Positions 27,368 to 28,641 of a stretch of DNA of 28,641 nucleotides are shown in pieces (positions within the stretch are counted from its first letter, which is position 1; each line of letters opens with the position of its first letter). Source of the stretch: Kofleriaceae bacterium (GTDB taxonomy: Bacteria > Myxococcota_A > Polyangia > Haliangiales > Haliangiaceae); NCBI GenBank assembly GCA_965215005.1, contig CBDCCZ010000013.1, positions 1 through 28,641 of the forward strand, read 5' to 3'. Under the pieces are notes generated by a model. The model did not search any database. It was not told where the DNA came from and saw only the letters and a program-made list of their open reading frames with translations. The translations under genes were made by a program, and so were the position numbers.

Positions 27368-28390
27368 TCAGGGAGAAGCTGCCGGCGCAGTGCGATCCGA
27401 GGGGCTTTCAACCGTGGTCTGAAGACCCAGCAGCAGTCTCGCTTGCACCGGAATGAGCGCGCTGTCGAAGTCGCCAAGATCGGCTTTGATGGGCGTTTGC
27501 TCGAGGTCGAGGGTGAACGTTGCCTTCAAGAGCAGCGCGTGCTTCACGTTGATGCCCAGGCGCGCGCGCGCCGCGGCGTCGAGATACCGCAGCGTTCCCT
27601 GCATCTGGACCGGCTGCGCACCACCCATGAACCCAAGCGTGCCGTGGGCCTCGAACGCCAGCTCTGCCGCCGACACTTGCTCGGCACCTTCTAAGCGATC
27701 GAGGTTGAGCACGACCTCGGGATAGGTCTCGGTCTGGAGATATTCACGGGCGTGGCGAGACCTCAGCTCGATGCCAGTATCCACGGCGCCCGCCGAAGCG
27801 GTGAAGCGCGCGCTCATCGGTTGCTCGAGATCGCTGGGATCGCCGGAAAAGTAGCCCGCGATGCGCGAAGCGAACCGCGCCTCAAAGGTCTCGCCACCGG
27901 CGCTGATGCGCGCGACCAGCGCAACCGTTGGATGATCGAGAAGGTGATAGCGGCCGGCGACACCGGGAAGCCGCGCGTCGATGCCGGAAGCCACCGTCAA
28001 CTCGCTCTGCGGCAACAGATCGCGACCGCCGCTCGGACGAGAACCACTGAATAAAGCCACGCTAGGCACCGCTAGCGGCACCGCCGCCACTAGCCACACG
28101 ACCGCGCGTGCCGCGAATGAGCGGCCTCGGCGCTGCTCCAGACGGCGCAAGAGCCAGATCGCGACCGCAACGACGCCAGCAACGCCAATGATAGCGGCCA
28201 CGGCGTCCAGGCCCAGCCACAGCGGCCCGTCGCTGATGAGCCGCCAACCCAAGTCCTCGTGCGGAACGTAGAAGCGCTTCGCGGGATCGCTGTAGAGATT
28301 GCCCGAGCCTTGCGCCCACCAACGAGCGACGGCCAAAGCGGCGGCAGCCAGCGGCAGGAGCACGGGCCAGAATTTGAGCCGCGGCGGCAT
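27368..28390 (-). CDS. YceI-like domain protein with N-terminal membrane segments
   Basis: About three TM stretches, then VDTGIELRSRHAREYLQTETYPEV...AHGTLGFMG resembling the YceI motif (IDTG...RD.HL...F....YP). Confidence 0.72.
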   Translation of the reverse strand: MPPRLKFWPVLLPLAAAALAVARWWAQGSGNLYSDPAKRFYVPHEDLGWRLISDGPLWLGLDAVAAIIGVAGVVAVAIWLLRRLEQRRGRSFAARAVVWLVAAVPLAVPSVALFSGSRPSGGRDLLPQSELTVASGIDARLPGVAGRYHLLDHPTVALVARISAGGETFEARFASRIAGYFSGDPSDLEQPMSARFTASAGAVDTGIELRSRHAREYLQTETYPEVVLNLDRLEGAEQVSAAELAFEAHGTLGFMGGAQPVQMQGTLRYLDAAARARLGINVKHALLLKATFTLDLEQTPIKADLGDFDSALIPVQARLLLGLQTTVESPSDRTAPAASP

Positions 28391-28404
28391 ACGCAGCGCC
28401 GAGA

Positions 28405-28641
28405 TTACACCGGGGCGAGCTCGTTGCCGTCGATGAGAGCGGCCCAGTCAGCTTCGGGCGGGGTGCGGTGCGGACGAGCTAGATAAAAACCTTGACCGAA
28501 ATGACAGCCCGCATCCACGGCGGCGCGCAGCTCGCCAATGGTCTCGATGCCCTCGGCGACCACTTTGGCACCGAGATCATCGCAGAGTCGAACGATGGAA
28601 TTCACGAGCAGCTGCAACCGTGGCCGTTCGTCGAGCCCGGC
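28405..28641 (-). CDS. EAL-domain protein, C-terminal part; 5' end lies beyond the window
   Basis: AGLDERPRLQLLVNSIVRLCDDLGAKVVAEGIET...GCHFGQGFYLARP; frame open to the right edge. Confidence 0.92.
   Translation of the reverse strand, partial: AGLDERPRLQLLVNSIVRLCDDLGAKVVAEGIETIGELRAAVDAGCHFGQGFYLARPHRTPPEADWAALIDGNELAPV

Overview
High-GC bacterial chromosomal segment, most likely Myxococcota (eukaryotic-like Ser/Thr kinase, MYXO-CTERM-like protease, TSP3 and 'GDKADS'-motif lipoproteins). Left to right: (1) a surface-polysaccharide cluster with a partial GT4, a Walker-A-less CpsD/Wzc-like protein, a His-rich hypothetical protein, an embedded Ser/Thr kinase-TM-TPR and a WbpO/TviB + WbpP/TviC pair; (2) an accessory region with a 5'-truncated aldo/keto reductase abutting an Xre/MbcA-RES toxin-antitoxin pair, a TSP3 lipoprotein, and an S1 protease plus ~870 bp of ORF-poor DNA bracketed by two palindrome-rich 125-bp direct repeats (122/125 identical); (3) a signal-less HiPIP-like gene, a hypothetical gene coupled to an orphan Afp15/Pvc15-type AAA+ ATPase, and an SDR; (4) a tightly coupled three-gene operon (DUF559/Vsr-like nuclease, tandem winged-helix-like protein, 1068-aa AAA+-like/HerA-like double ATPase), the best candidate for an undescribed defence or DNA-processing system; (5) envelope/housekeeping genes (M50B peptidase, small multidrug-export family, two lipoproteins, TauE, YceI, partial EAL). 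No rRNA, tRNA, CRISPR array, transposase or integrase was recognised. All family calls come from motif recognition by eye, not database searches.
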